Positions 27,670 to 37,728 of a DNA stretch of 64,000 bases are shown here, in pieces. Within the stretch, counting starts at the first letter, position 1; each line of letters begins with the position of its first letter. Source of the DNA: Planktothrix pseudagardhii (GTDB lineage Bacteria > Cyanobacteriota > Cyanobacteriia > Cyanobacteriales > Microcoleaceae); NCBI RefSeq assembly GCF_904830925.1, contig NZ_LR882967.1:3554106-3618105 (forward strand), in the 5' to 3' direction. The translations under genes were made by a program, and so were the position numbers. The notes beneath the pieces are model-generated. The model was not told where the DNA came from. It saw nothing but the letters and a program-made list of their open reading frames with translations, and did not search any database.

Positions 27670-28431
27670 TTAATCATGAATACTACCATCTGGCATAATC
27701 ACCCCATTGAGATTAGCATCCGTTAAAATGGTGCGAGTTAAATCAGCACCTCGCAAATCAGCATTGCATAGATTAGCCCCACTTAAATCCGCATAACTTA
27801 AATCAGCCCCTTTTAAATTGACTTCGCTGAGGTTGGTATGATAACTTTGTTCAGAGCTTAAAAGCCCTAAACCCGAAACCCCAAAAATAGAGTGACAGAG
27901 CTTGGCTTTTTCCAAGTTAGCTTGATGTAAAATCGCCCCACTAAAATTGGCATAACTTAAATCGGCTTCCGCTAAAATCGCATAACTTAAATCCGTTTGT
28001 TGATTATGATTGGGGCGAAAATTAGCTTCAAAAAGAATTGCTTGGAAAAGATTGACATTTCTTAAATCACATCCCGATAAACACGCTTTCATGAGTTGGG
28101 CTTGTTTTAAGGATGCCTTAAAAAGTTTCGCCCCAGTTAAATCGGCTTCTCGTAACTGAGCTTGATATAAATTGGCTTCAGTTAAATCAGCCCCCCAGAG
28201 AATAGTTTCACTTAAGTTAGCCTGGACAAGATTGGCTTTAGACAGGTTAGCTTTTCCTAATCTCGCTTCTCGTAAATCCGAATAACTTAAGTTAGCTCTG
28301 GTGAGGTTTAAGTTCACTAAATTGGCTTCTTGTAAATCAACAGAAGATAAGTCAATCTCAGGAAAATTACGTTCCGCCGCTGCATATCTTCGGAGAAATT
28401 CATCGACATTCATAATAATATCAAGTACCAT
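27670..28431 (-). CDS. pentapeptide-repeat protein
   Basis: 253 aa of A(D/N)LxxA(N/D)L pentapeptide repeats throughout. Confidence 0.85.
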   Translation of the reverse strand: MVLDIIMNVDEFLRRYAAAERNFPEIDLSSVDLQEANLVNLNLTRANLSYSDLREARLGKANLSKANLVQANLSETILWGADLTEANLYQAQLREADLTGAKLFKASLKQAQLMKACLSGCDLRNVNLFQAILFEANFRPNHNQQTDLSYAILAEADLSYANFSGAILHQANLEKAKLCHSIFGVSGLGLLSSEQSYHTNLSEVNLKGADLSYADLSGANLCNADLRGADLTRTILTDANLNGVIMPDGSIHD

Positions 28432-28448
28432 GAGGGATAAAAGAACAA

Positions 28449-28844
28449 CTAAACAGCAGTTTTCAAAGCCCGTAGTTGTTCTAACTGTTGATTTTGCTGA
28501 TGCATTTGAGCCACTAAAGATTCACAGACTAAATCGCACACTTCAAATAAAAAGGGATTGGTAATTTCATAATAAACGCTCACGCCTTGTTGAGTCCGGG
28601 TAACAATTCCAGCTTGAGCTAAAACTTTTAAATGTTTAGAAACATTCGCCTGTCCTAATCCCGTTGCTTCAATAATTTGGGTCACATTTTTAGCCCCGGA
28701 TTTTAAACAACAAACAATTTGTAAACGACTGACTTCCGATAACACTTTAAAAAAGTCTGCCATCAACGCTAAGGCGGCGGGAGATAATTGTAAATAGTCG
28801 CAGCTTGAAGTCGGTTGCATGGATTTTAAAGTGGAATTTGTCAT
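28449..28844 (-). CDS. ArsR/SmtB-family transcriptional regulator
   Basis: 131 aa with the HTH block LKVLSEVSRLQIVCCLKSGAKNVTQIIEATGLGQANVSKHLKVL. Confidence 0.8.
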   Translation of the reverse strand: MTNSTLKSMQPTSSCDYLQLSPAALALMADFFKVLSEVSRLQIVCCLKSGAKNVTQIIEATGLGQANVSKHLKVLAQAGIVTRTQQGVSVYYEITNPFLFEVCDLVCESLVAQMHQQNQQLEQLRALKTAV

Positions 28845-28977
28845 TGTGGGAACTCAATGGCGGTATTAATATTATTTGTTTACTATATTACCACATTATC
28901 CAATAAATGGAAAACAAAAATCTCCTTTCAATCTCAGGGATGAGATAGAGATTTTAAGTACATATTCCTACGCAATT

Positions 28978-30402
28978 TTAATCCAGAGTTTCGTTGCGTT
29001 TTCTTTCGCTGAGTTGGAGTAAAATATCGGCGTGAACTTCTTTTGTAATCGGATATAAAAAAGTAAAAATCATCCCAATAATTAAGATAATTGTCGGTAA
29101 CGGGCCAATAGCAAAGCGAATGGCTAACAGAGCAGAGTCTGGTTGAATGGGGGGAATTTGACCCGGAATACTGGAAATAAATCCGGCAAAATCTAAGGCT
29201 TGTCCGACTAAAAATAACCCAATGGCTAATCCAATTTTTTGCAATAACACCATAAACGAATAAAAAACCCCTTCTCGTCTTTGTCCGGTATTTAATTCAT
29301 CTAAATCAATCACATCAGGAATCATTGACCAAGGAACTAAATAGGCTGTTGCCACACCACATCCGGCTAAAATTGCTAGAATATACATTAACGTAGTTTG
29401 TCCCGGTTGCAGGAAAAATAAACCTGCTTGAGTAACAATCCATAATCCCATCCCCATAAAATAAACGGCTTTTTTTCCATAGCGTTGACTCACTAAATTC
29501 CAAACAAATAACATTACTAAAGCCGTTCCTTGAACAGCAATGGCAACCTGGGGAAAAGTGGTTTCAGGAAGTTTCATCCAATTGACGACAAAATAAGGCA
29601 AAATAGAAGCCGTCAATTGAACGCCTAACCAGGAACAGAGATAAATCCCAATCACTAATAAAAAAGGTCGATTACTGAGAGCAACTTTAATTTGTTCAGC
29701 AATAGGAAGACTTTCGGAATTATCCTCAATCGTTTCTCCAACTTGTCGAGAGAAAACTTGTTTACGGGTTCCTAAAAAACACCAAAAAAGTGGGAGAACA
29801 GATAAAAAACCACAAACCGCTCCTAAAATTAAATAGCGTTGATAAGGGGCATTGGGAAAAAAGCCAAAAATAATTTGTGCTAAAATTAAAGAAAAAATAC
29901 TACCCCCAATCGAAAACGCGAAGCGAAAACTATTTAAACTGGTTCGTTCGTTATAGTCCTTGGTTAATTCAGGGGTTAAAGCGGTATAAGGTAAATTAAC
30001 AGCAGTATAAGCCGTATTAAATAAAATCCCAATAATCACATAATACCAAAACAAAACCGAGTTATTATTACTAGGAACGATCCACTGTAAAAAAAATAAA
30101 ATTCCAAAGGGAATTGCACCAAAAACCATCCAAGGATAACGTCTTCCCCAAGGATGAACCGTGCGATCGCTTAAAACCCCTACAATGGGATCATTAATAG
30201 CATCCCAAATTTTTCCTACCATTAACACACTTCCAGCTAATCCCGCAGGTAAACCCGCAACATTAGTCAGAAAAACCAAAACAAAAAATACAGAAATATT
30301 TGCCGTAATTGCAGGGCCTAAATCTCCCGCACCAAAGGCTAATTTTGTAGATAAACTGAGCTTTTCTGGAGGAGAAACCGTTGCAGAAGGCGTTGAGTTC
30401 AT
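28978..30402 (-). CDS. MFS transporter, GPH (glycoside-pentoside-hexuronide:cation symporter)-like
   Basis: 474 aa, 12 TM helices, and a GPH-like DRT motif (VGVLSDRTVHPWGRRYPW). Confidence 0.7.
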   Translation of the reverse strand: MNSTPSATVSPPEKLSLSTKLAFGAGDLGPAITANISVFFVLVFLTNVAGLPAGLAGSVLMVGKIWDAINDPIVGVLSDRTVHPWGRRYPWMVFGAIPFGILFFLQWIVPSNNNSVLFWYYVIIGILFNTAYTAVNLPYTALTPELTKDYNERTSLNSFRFAFSIGGSIFSLILAQIIFGFFPNAPYQRYLILGAVCGFLSVLPLFWCFLGTRKQVFSRQVGETIEDNSESLPIAEQIKVALSNRPFLLVIGIYLCSWLGVQLTASILPYFVVNWMKLPETTFPQVAIAVQGTALVMLFVWNLVSQRYGKKAVYFMGMGLWIVTQAGLFFLQPGQTTLMYILAILAGCGVATAYLVPWSMIPDVIDLDELNTGQRREGVFYSFMVLLQKIGLAIGLFLVGQALDFAGFISSIPGQIPPIQPDSALLAIRFAIGPLPTIILIIGMIFTFLYPITKEVHADILLQLSERKRNETLD

Positions 30403-30519
30403 AAGAATTAATATCAGAGAACATTACCACCCTAAAATCAAGAACGGATGGCTGACAACAGGATAGCCTAAAACGATATGCTAATTAAATAGTAATAATG
30501 ATTTGGGAGTGATCCAATT

Positions 30520-31122
30520 ATGGCTCCTTTAGGCGATCGCTTTAATCGCATGATAGGAAAAACCCGGTTTGTGGTCAGTCGTTTGTTTCTGCATTTAGGC
30601 GGTGATGAGGTGGCGCCACTATTAGGGGTACTCAACCAAGCCGCCAGAAACGTCATTGACGCAGACGGAGACTTGGAGGTGACCGGAGAAGCATTAGTGC
30701 AAGTTTGCCAAAGTCTCCTTCAATATGATACCTATTGGCAGTCAGGATCGAATGAAGGGGATGTAGTTTGGAACGAAGGAGAAGCCGCAGATTACTTTAA
30801 CGAACTGTTCACCGACTCTGGCCAACGGTATTTGAGCGAACCTGACTTATCTCAACCGATGTATGAAAATCAACCTCTGTCCTTACCCATCACCCACAAT
30901 TTAGTGGTAATGATTACAATAGTTAGTGAAGGAGAAGTTCCCGATTTAGAAACAGATTTAGCGAGTATGGAGGCGATGAATCGAGGGTTAAAAGCATTAA
31001 TTAATCTTCACTATCAAGGCAGACTCAGAGGAATTCAAATTCATTTTTCTCCGGCTCGTTTAGGAGATGAGTTAACCAATGATCAATTATTGCAGAATTT
31101 CCCGGAACTGATTCCGCTTTAA
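30520..31122 (+). CDS. hypothetical acidic protein
   Basis: 200-aa ORF. Resemblance to a DUF1517 C-terminal region was considered but is not secure. Confidence 0.35.
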   Translation: MAPLGDRFNRMIGKTRFVVSRLFLHLGGDEVAPLLGVLNQAARNVIDADGDLEVTGEALVQVCQSLLQYDTYWQSGSNEGDVVWNEGEAADYFNELFTDSGQRYLSEPDLSQPMYENQPLSLPITHNLVVMITIVSEGEVPDLETDLASMEAMNRGLKALINLHYQGRLRGIQIHFSPARLGDELTNDQLLQNFPELIPL

Positions 31123-31199
31123 GGAATAGCATCGGTTTTCTTTCTTTCAACAAATTTATCTAACTCGACCGATTTTTGGTTTAATGTTGGAGCAAGTCA

Positions 31200-32075
31200 A
31201 TGTTCACAAAAGTTAATTGGTTTATGTGGAAAAAGCTTTTAATTCTGTTCATTTCACTCACCTTTTGTTGGACAACAGTTGCCTGTGGGTCTTCAACAAC
31301 TTCATCTAGGGTTCAACAATCAACTCCGGTTGTATCGGCTCCAACCAATCAAGTTAAAGAGGGTAAATATCCCGTTCAACAAGCTCAATATAATGATGTG
31401 GATGGAACCTATACCCTGATGTTATTGAATACTCCTGCGGGTAAATCTGCCACCTATCAAACCTCCAATTTACAGATGGCACAGTTAACGGATGAACAAA
31501 TCAAAGCCGGAGAAAAAAGCAACTTAGATATTAATAACGGTCAACCCGTTTTTTATTTAACGCCCGATTTTCGGATTGAATACGTTCATAACGTCACTGA
31601 AACCCAGCCTGACCCCGCCACAGGTCAACCCCAAACCATTGTTGTCCGCCAAGAATCGAGTTTCTGGACACCTTTTGCCGCCTCTTTTGCTGGAAGTGCC
31701 ATCGCCAATACATTATTTGCCCCCCGTTATTATGTCCCTCCGGTGTATGTATCGGGAGGCCCTTTAATCGGATATGGAGGGTATGGTTCTAGCTATAACC
31801 AAGCGGTGAACGACTATCGGACTCGTTATAATAGTCCCCCAGCGGCGGTGAAAAATCGTACAACCTTACGCACCACCGGAAATATCCGCAACTCCAGTCC
31901 GAATTCCTCCGTAAATCGTCGGACTTCCCCCAATTCCAGCCGTTCAACGGGTTCGGGTGTTGGCGCAACAGATTTACGTCAGTCCCCCAATAAAGGCTCA
32001 ACCCAACAACGCAAACCTAGTTTTGGCAGTGGTTCCCGCAGTCGTTCTTCCTCTGGGGCTAGAAGACGTCGTTAA
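31200..32075 (+). CDS. putative lipoprotein with Ser/Arg-rich low-complexity C-terminal tail
   Basis: Signal peptide with TVAC lipobox-like cysteine. The C-terminal 90 aa are an S/R/N/P-rich tail ending RSSSGARRRR. Confidence 0.5.
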   Translation: MFTKVNWFMWKKLLILFISLTFCWTTVACGSSTTSSRVQQSTPVVSAPTNQVKEGKYPVQQAQYNDVDGTYTLMLLNTPAGKSATYQTSNLQMAQLTDEQIKAGEKSNLDINNGQPVFYLTPDFRIEYVHNVTETQPDPATGQPQTIVVRQESSFWTPFAASFAGSAIANTLFAPRYYVPPVYVSGGPLIGYGGYGSSYNQAVNDYRTRYNSPPAAVKNRTTLRTTGNIRNSSPNSSVNRRTSPNSSRSTGSGVGATDLRQSPNKGSTQQRKPSFGSGSRSRSSSGARRRR

Positions 32076-32084
32076 AATCGTTGT

Positions 32085-32112
32085 GAGGCGTTCACGCCTC
32101 CTTCTTTTTTTC
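32085..32112 (+). terminator. rho-independent terminator
   Basis: GAGGCG-ttca-CGCCTC hairpin followed by CTTCTTTTTTT. Confidence 0.6.
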
Positions 32113-32126
32113 TCAAAGCAACCCTC

Positions 32127-33101
32127 ATGATCAAAGCTTTTGTAACCGGTGGGACGGGATTTATTGGAGCGAATTTAGTTCGACTATTATTAAACAATAA
32201 CTATGCGGTTCGAGCGTTAGTTCGTCCTAATAGTAATTTAGAAAACTTAAAGAATTTAGATGTTGAAATTGTTGAAGGAAATTTAACAAATTCTAATTTA
32301 TCTCAATCTTTAAAAGGCTGTCAAGTTTTATTCCATTGTGCTGCCCATTATTCTTTATGGCAGAAGGATAAATCCTTATTAGAACGCTATAATATTTTCG
32401 GAACTCGTAATATTTTAGCCGCCGCCAGACAAGTGGGAATTGAACGCACGATTTATACCAGTTCCGTTGCTGCTATTGGGGTAAAACCCGGCGTTGTGGT
32501 GGATGAAACCTATCAAAGTCCCGTTGAGAATTTAGTCGGATATTATAAAAAATCTAAATATTGGGCAGAACAAGAAGCCCATCATGCGGTAAAATTAGGT
32601 CAAGATATTGTGATTGTTAATCCCAGTACCCCTATTGGGCCTTGGGATATTAAACCTACACCCACAGGGGAGTTAATATTACGCTTCCTGAACCGAAAAA
32701 TGCCCGCCTATGTGAATACCGGATTAAATTTTATTGATGTCCGAGATGTCGCCCAAGGTCATTTTCTCGCTTTAGAAAAAGGAAAAACGGGAGAACGTTA
32801 TATTTTAGGTCATCAAAATTTAACCTTAAAAGAATTTTTAGACTTATTATCAGAAATTACAGGTTTACCCGCCCCTCAAAAAACTATCCCGATTTGGCTT
32901 CCCTTAAGCGTTGCCTGGGTCGATGAAATGATTTTATCACGGCTAGGGAAAACCCCTTCTATCCCCTTAGATGGCGTGAGAATGTCCCGACAATCGATGT
33001 ATTATAATGCCTCAAAAGCGGTTCAAGAATTGGGTTTACCTCAATCTTCGATTAAAACTGCCTTGAAAGATGCCGTTAATTGGTTTATGTTATCACAATA
33101 A
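32127..33101 (+). CDS. hpnA: hopanoid-associated NAD-dependent sugar epimerase
   Basis: 324 aa with a Rossmann GxxGxxG (VTGGTGFIGANLV). Pattern matches HpnA as recalled, and it sits directly upstream of hpnH. Confidence 0.7.
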   Translation: MIKAFVTGGTGFIGANLVRLLLNNNYAVRALVRPNSNLENLKNLDVEIVEGNLTNSNLSQSLKGCQVLFHCAAHYSLWQKDKSLLERYNIFGTRNILAAARQVGIERTIYTSSVAAIGVKPGVVVDETYQSPVENLVGYYKKSKYWAEQEAHHAVKLGQDIVIVNPSTPIGPWDIKPTPTGELILRFLNRKMPAYVNTGLNFIDVRDVAQGHFLALEKGKTGERYILGHQNLTLKEFLDLLSEITGLPAPQKTIPIWLPLSVAWVDEMILSRLGKTPSIPLDGVRMSRQSMYYNASKAVQELGLPQSSIKTALKDAVNWFMLSQ

Positions 33102-33122
33102 GTTTCAGGTGAGAGGAGAAAA

Positions 33123-34133
33123 ATGGCTATTCAAATTGAACAAGCGATCGCCGTTGGTAAATATTTATTCATGCAACGGTTAATGGGGCGGAAAAAATTT
33201 CCCCTGGTGTTAATGTTAGAACCGTTATTTCGGTGTAATTTAGCTTGTTCTGGGTGCGGAAAGATTCAACATCCGAAAGAAATTCTCAAGCAAAATTTAA
33301 CGCCGGAAGATTGTTTTAAAGCCGTTGAAGAATGTGGTGCTCCTGTGGTCTCTATCCCTGGGGGTGAACCTTTATTACATCCGCAAATTGATGAAATTGT
33401 AGCTGGGTTAGTCGCCCGCAAAAAATTTATTTATTTGTGTACCAATGGAATTTTATTGGAAAAAAGTTTAGATAAATTTAAACCCTCTCCCTATTTAACC
33501 TTTAGTGTGCATTTAGATGGATTAAAAGAACATCATGATCAATGTGTAGACCGAGAAGGCGTGTTTGATATTGCAGTTCAAGCGATTAAAACCGCAAAAT
33601 CAAAAGGATTTAGAGTCACAACCAATACAACGGTATTTGAAGGAACTAACCCCCAGGAAATGCAGAAATTCTTTGATTTTCTGGAAACTTTGGGTGTGGA
33701 TGGAATGATGATTTCTCCCGGTTATAGTTATGAATGGGCACCGGATCAAGACCATTTCCTCAAACGAGAACAAACCAAAGCCTTATTTCGTGAAATTTTA
33801 TCTCCCTATAAATTAGGGAAAAAGAAATGGAATTTTAATCATAATCCCTTATTCCTCGATTTTCTGATCGGAGAAGAAGATTATGATTGTACCCCTTGGG
33901 GAAGCCCAAGTTACAGTGTTTTAGGATGGCAAAAACCCTGTTATTTATTAAATGAAGGGTATTATTCCAGTTATCAAGAATTATTGGAAAAAACCGACTG
34001 GACAAAATACGGAAAATCGAGTGGAAATCCCAAATGTGCAGATTGTATGGTTCACTGTGGTTATGAACCAACCGCAGCAATAGAAGCGATGAAACTGGAA
34101 AATATGGGGCGTTCTATTGGGGCTTTATTTTAA
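33123..34133 (+). CDS. hpnH: adenosyl-hopene transferase (hopanoid radical SAM protein)
   Basis: 336 aa. The N-terminus [38 protein letters not shown] matches the HpnH signature including the CxxxCxxC variant. Confidence 0.85.
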   Translation: MAIQIEQAIAVGKYLFMQRLMGRKKFPLVLMLEPLFRCNLACSGCGKIQHPKEILKQNLTPEDCFKAVEECGAPVVSIPGGEPLLHPQIDEIVAGLVARKKFIYLCTNGILLEKSLDKFKPSPYLTFSVHLDGLKEHHDQCVDREGVFDIAVQAIKTAKSKGFRVTTNTTVFEGTNPQEMQKFFDFLETLGVDGMMISPGYSYEWAPDQDHFLKREQTKALFREILSPYKLGKKKWNFNHNPLFLDFLIGEEDYDCTPWGSPSYSVLGWQKPCYLLNEGYYSSYQELLEKTDWTKYGKSSGNPKCADCMVHCGYEPTAAIEAMKLENMGRSIGALF

Positions 34134-34169
34134 TAAATTTAGCCACAATTTTATCAGTAGCCTGTTTTT

Positions 34170-34745
34170 TTAGGCAATTGATAATGGTAAAAGGGGGGAT
34201 TGAAACGCAAACAGTTGGATTGCCAGGGGGGGTTTGATGCTTTCAGTATGGACTTTTAAGCCCAAATCTCCCTCTAAAGACGAATTTGTATTAAAATTGT
34301 TTGAGACGGTAATATTAGCTTCTGTAAGTTCCGATAGTATCGTAATCAAAACATTAGAAGACTTGGCAATATTAGATCCATACAATAAAATCTCAGACCG
34401 GGGAGTTAGACCTTGTTTCCATTCTCGAATAATTGAGGCATCATTATAGATGTTATCTTGGGTGAGGGTTGTTTTCCCTAATCCCATTTCTCCCGCTTTA
34501 CCGTGAGAAAAAATATGGACTGCGCGATATTGCTTTGTTTTCAGGATATCAGCGATTTGTTGCAATTCTGTGCCATTTGCCTCAAGAATAATCGCTTCAA
34601 CCCCCGGCATTAAACCATTGAGGAGGATAGGTAAATTGGGAACATCGGCAGCAAAAAAAGCAATCTCTGAGGATGTTGTTTCAGCAGATCCGACCGGGAA
34701 AAAGGCTAAACGGGAGTTAAGGTTAGAGTCTGGTAATCTGAACAT
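34170..34745 (-). CDS. stand-alone DUF4347-like domain ORF (probable remnant of a large secreted-protein gene)
   Basis: 191 aa. The pattern AVHIFSHGKAGEMGLGKTTL ... ILLYGSNIA ... NITVSNNFN..LEGDLGL matches the DUF4347 N-terminal module of giant cyanobacterial cadherin/RTX proteins as recalled. Confidence 0.5.
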   Translation of the reverse strand: MFRLPDSNLNSRLAFFPVGSAETTSSEIAFFAADVPNLPILLNGLMPGVEAIILEANGTELQQIADILKTKQYRAVHIFSHGKAGEMGLGKTTLTQDNIYNDASIIREWKQGLTPRSEILLYGSNIAKSSNVLITILSELTEANITVSNNFNTNSSLEGDLGLKVHTESIKPPLAIQLFAFQSPLLPLSIA

Positions 34746-35021
34746 AGCAGCAACATTAGGGTGTCAATTAATGCAAATCCTTAGTGTTTAGATTATTTCA
34801 TCTAATTGCCTGATGCAAGCACTTTTACCTAATCTTTACACAAGGCTAATCTGGCTTCATATAACACCCTCTTTTTTGAAAAATCCTGCTTTTCAGGTAT
34901 CTGTAGACCCCCTTGGATTCAGGACTGATTATGGTAAATTAGTGATTAAAAGAGGAGATAAAAAATAGAAAATTAGAAATAGAAAATAAAAAACACCCTA
35001 AAAAATTATAGAATAAAACGA

Positions 35022-35876
35022 TTGAATTCTGATCAAGAACAAAAAATGATAACAGAATTAATTAAATTATTTCAATTTGAATTTATGCGAAATGCCTTAA
35101 TAGCCGGACTCTTAGTGAGTATCGCTTGTGGCATGATGGGAACATTTATTGTTGTCAATCGAATTGTATTTATCAGTGGCGGAATTGCTCACGCAGCATA
35201 CGGGGGTATTGGCATGGGTTATTTTTTTCAATTTAATCCTGTTTTTGGAGCGATCGCATTTTCTGTTTTTTCTGCATTAGGAATGGGGTTAGTCTATCGA
35301 AAAACTCAACAAAGAGCCGATACCATTATTGGGGTGATGTGGGCGATTGGAATGGCAATTGGCATTATTTTAATTGATTTAACGCCCGGTTATAAAGTTG
35401 ATTTGATGAGTTATTTATTTGGCAGTATTCTTACTGTTCCTCAATCCGATTTAATTCTAATGCTGGGATTAGATATTCTAATTGGAGTTATGGTCATCCT
35501 CTTTTATAAAGAGTTAGTTGCCATTTCCTTTGACCCTGTTTTTGCCGAAACTCGAAATGTACCCGTTGATCAACTGTATTTAATGTTAATTGTTGCCATT
35601 GCCTTAACCGTTGTCATGGTGATGAAAGTGGTCGGTTTAATTTTGGTGATTGCCCTGTTAACTATTCCGGCTGCGATTTCAGGACAATTTGTGAAGGATT
35701 TAAAACAAATGATGGTATTATCCAGTAGTTTAGGAATGATTTTCACCACCCTCGGTTTAGGAATTTCTTACTTTTTTAACTTAACATCGGGTGCAACCAT
35801 TATTTTAGTCGCAGGTTTCGCTTATTTACTGACTTTAAGCTTCAAAACTTTCATTAAACAAGTTGTTGAGGTTTGA
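35022..35876 (+). CDS. metal ABC transporter permease (ABC-3, ZnuB/MntB-like)
   Basis: 284 aa, 8-9 TM helices, ABC-3 family pattern. No ATPase or substrate-binding-protein gene is adjacent. Confidence 0.75.
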   Translation: MNSDQEQKMITELIKLFQFEFMRNALIAGLLVSIACGMMGTFIVVNRIVFISGGIAHAAYGGIGMGYFFQFNPVFGAIAFSVFSALGMGLVYRKTQQRADTIIGVMWAIGMAIGIILIDLTPGYKVDLMSYLFGSILTVPQSDLILMLGLDILIGVMVILFYKELVAISFDPVFAETRNVPVDQLYLMLIVAIALTVVMVMKVVGLILVIALLTIPAAISGQFVKDLKQMMVLSSSLGMIFTTLGLGISYFFNLTSGATIILVAGFAYLLTLSFKTFIKQVVEV

Positions 35877-35980
35877 CACTTTGCCAAAAAAAATTTTGGG
35901 GTTTGTTCAGTTTTCCTGATTTATGCTACAGTTCTTTGTTGAAGCTTTAACAGCTTTCTCAATTAACGTGTCAATTCTCC

Positions 35981-36916
35981 ATGAAAACCCAGATTGCACT
36001 CAGTCTAACCTCCCTAATATTAGGTTTTTCCTACCCGGTTACAGCCCAAACTCTAAACTCCTGTCCAACAAACTCCCCAACTTCTATTGTTCAATGTCGA
36101 AATTCCAACCCCACAGAAACCGTTGCTATTTTAGAAGATGGTCGGTCATATCAATATGAAGCCGGACAAGGGATTTATCGAGTTCGCTACAATTATACGG
36201 GGGAAAATTGGACTCATGCCGATGTTGCTCCGATTCGGATTAATACCAATAAACCCATTGCTATTTTACCGATGCAATATACCCGGAATGGACTACAATC
36301 TGGGGCAAGTGTGAATGGTGTTTCTGTCGGTCGAGTGTGGAATTCTATCACCGTTGAAGAAATGAAACGACGCTTAGAAGCGTTAGAGTTTTATGTATTA
36401 ACTCCGACCATTTCTATGTATGGAGAAACGATTGATGGATTTCAAGCTTTAGAACATTTTATTGCGGGAGTTCATAAGGGAAATTCTTCTGTACAAACGG
36501 TGGTTTTAAGTGCCGATGCTAATATTCCTAATGCAGCTAACCCTCATCCAGGAGCGCAAATGTTAGTAACGGGACTTCATCCCCGTGATTTGTGGTGGGA
36601 ATATCGCATTCAAAACCGTTTAGCACCCTTTTATCAACAACAACGTTTAGTCAATATTGGGCCAAGAGTGCGGGGAGGTCAAAATAACCGTGAGGGTCAT
36701 TCCTTAGCATGGCATCCCATGATTGAACGAGCCGCCGAATATAATCCTAAAATTGCCATTATTGAAGTCGCTCAAGCCGCAGAAATTATTCAACGAGCCG
36801 GGTCTATTGAAGCGGGACGACAATGGGCCGCACCTGTATTTGATGCCGTCGCCCTGGGAATGGCAGAACAAGTCTGCGCCACTGGGGGACAAGGGATAGT
36901 GGGGTGTGGGGAGTAG
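35981..36916 (+). CDS. secreted hypothetical protein
   Basis: 311 aa with a signal peptide (MKTQIALSLTSLILGFSYPVTAQT). Confidence 0.5.
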   Translation: MKTQIALSLTSLILGFSYPVTAQTLNSCPTNSPTSIVQCRNSNPTETVAILEDGRSYQYEAGQGIYRVRYNYTGENWTHADVAPIRINTNKPIAILPMQYTRNGLQSGASVNGVSVGRVWNSITVEEMKRRLEALEFYVLTPTISMYGETIDGFQALEHFIAGVHKGNSSVQTVVLSADANIPNAANPHPGAQMLVTGLHPRDLWWEYRIQNRLAPFYQQQRLVNIGPRVRGGQNNREGHSLAWHPMIERAAEYNPKIAIIEVAQAAEIIQRAGSIEAGRQWAAPVFDAVALGMAEQVCATGGQGIVGCGE

Positions 36917-36995
36917 GGGACAGGGGGACAGGGGGATGGGGGGACAAGGGGAGATGGGAAGATGGGAAGATGGGAAGATGGGGAGATGAGGGGAA
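36913..36995. repeat. G-rich short tandem repeats (GGGGACA / GATGGGAA units)
   Basis: Periodic 7-8-bp units immediately 3' of the preceding CDS. Confidence 0.85.
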
Positions 36996-37229
36996 GAATA
37001 GTGCTACATGAGCAGTCAACAGCTAACAGTCAACCGTTTTAATCAATCTAAAATTTTATAAAACTAACAGTAAAAAAGTCAATCATTAAATGTTGAGAAA
37101 ATCTAAAATTTTGATTTGACATCAGCCAGAAAAGTTATTTGTTTCTCAGGTAAAAAATTAAAGTGTGAACCTCAAAAATATAGATTAGAATGATTGACAC
37201 ACTGATTCTACTTTAATTCCATAAAACCT

Positions 37230-37640
37230 ATGAAACTCAAAATTCTAACAACGGTTGCTTTAGTTGCGACAGTAGGTTTCGCTACTCCAACAATACTTTT
37301 CCCTAGTCCCAGTTTTGCCCAAGTTTATACAGGATTTCGAGTTAAAACGGATCAAAAGTTTACCGTTCGACTCATCAATGAAGCGGGAAAACCAATTCAG
37401 TATGGTTTAAGCCAAAATTCCTCGAAAGTTTTAGCCAGTGGACAATCAACGGCTATGCCATTCTCACAGGTAAAAACGGGGGGAGTCAACATTTTAATTT
37501 ATACCCAGGATGGGACTCCTCTGGGCTTTAAAGGCAGTTATGATGCCGAAAAAAATGAACTCACCGTCAATATTTACTCTGGCGGTGCAGGCCATAAAAG
37601 TATTAGTATTGGCACTAATGGAATCGTTGAGGCGATTTAA
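37230..37640 (+). CDS. small secreted protein
   Basis: 136 aa with a signal peptide (MKLKILTTVALVATVGFA). Confidence 0.45.
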   Translation: MKLKILTTVALVATVGFATPTILFPSPSFAQVYTGFRVKTDQKFTVRLINEAGKPIQYGLSQNSSKVLASGQSTAMPFSQVKTGGVNILIYTQDGTPLGFKGSYDAEKNELTVNIYSGGAGHKSISIGTNGIVEAI

Positions 37641-37728
37641 GTTCTCTTGATTAGCTCACAGTAGAGACGTTATTGTGAACGCCTCTACTGAATTTTTAAG
37701 AAAAATCAACCGGGATTTCGCCTACATT

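Noticed and set aside
30161-30466. 101-aa + strand ORF across the MFS transporter start
   Set aside because: Antisense to a 12-TM transporter CDS and carrying no independent signal.
30520-31122. DUF1517 assignment for the 200-aa acidic protein
   Set aside because: Only a vague compositional resemblance and no N-terminal TM/Gly-rich part, so it is left as hypothetical.
36804-37019. 71-aa ORF (- strand) rich in P/L/S downstream of the 311-aa secreted protein
   Set aside because: Encoded by the G-rich STR array and overlaps the end of the preceding CDS, so it is a repeat artefact.
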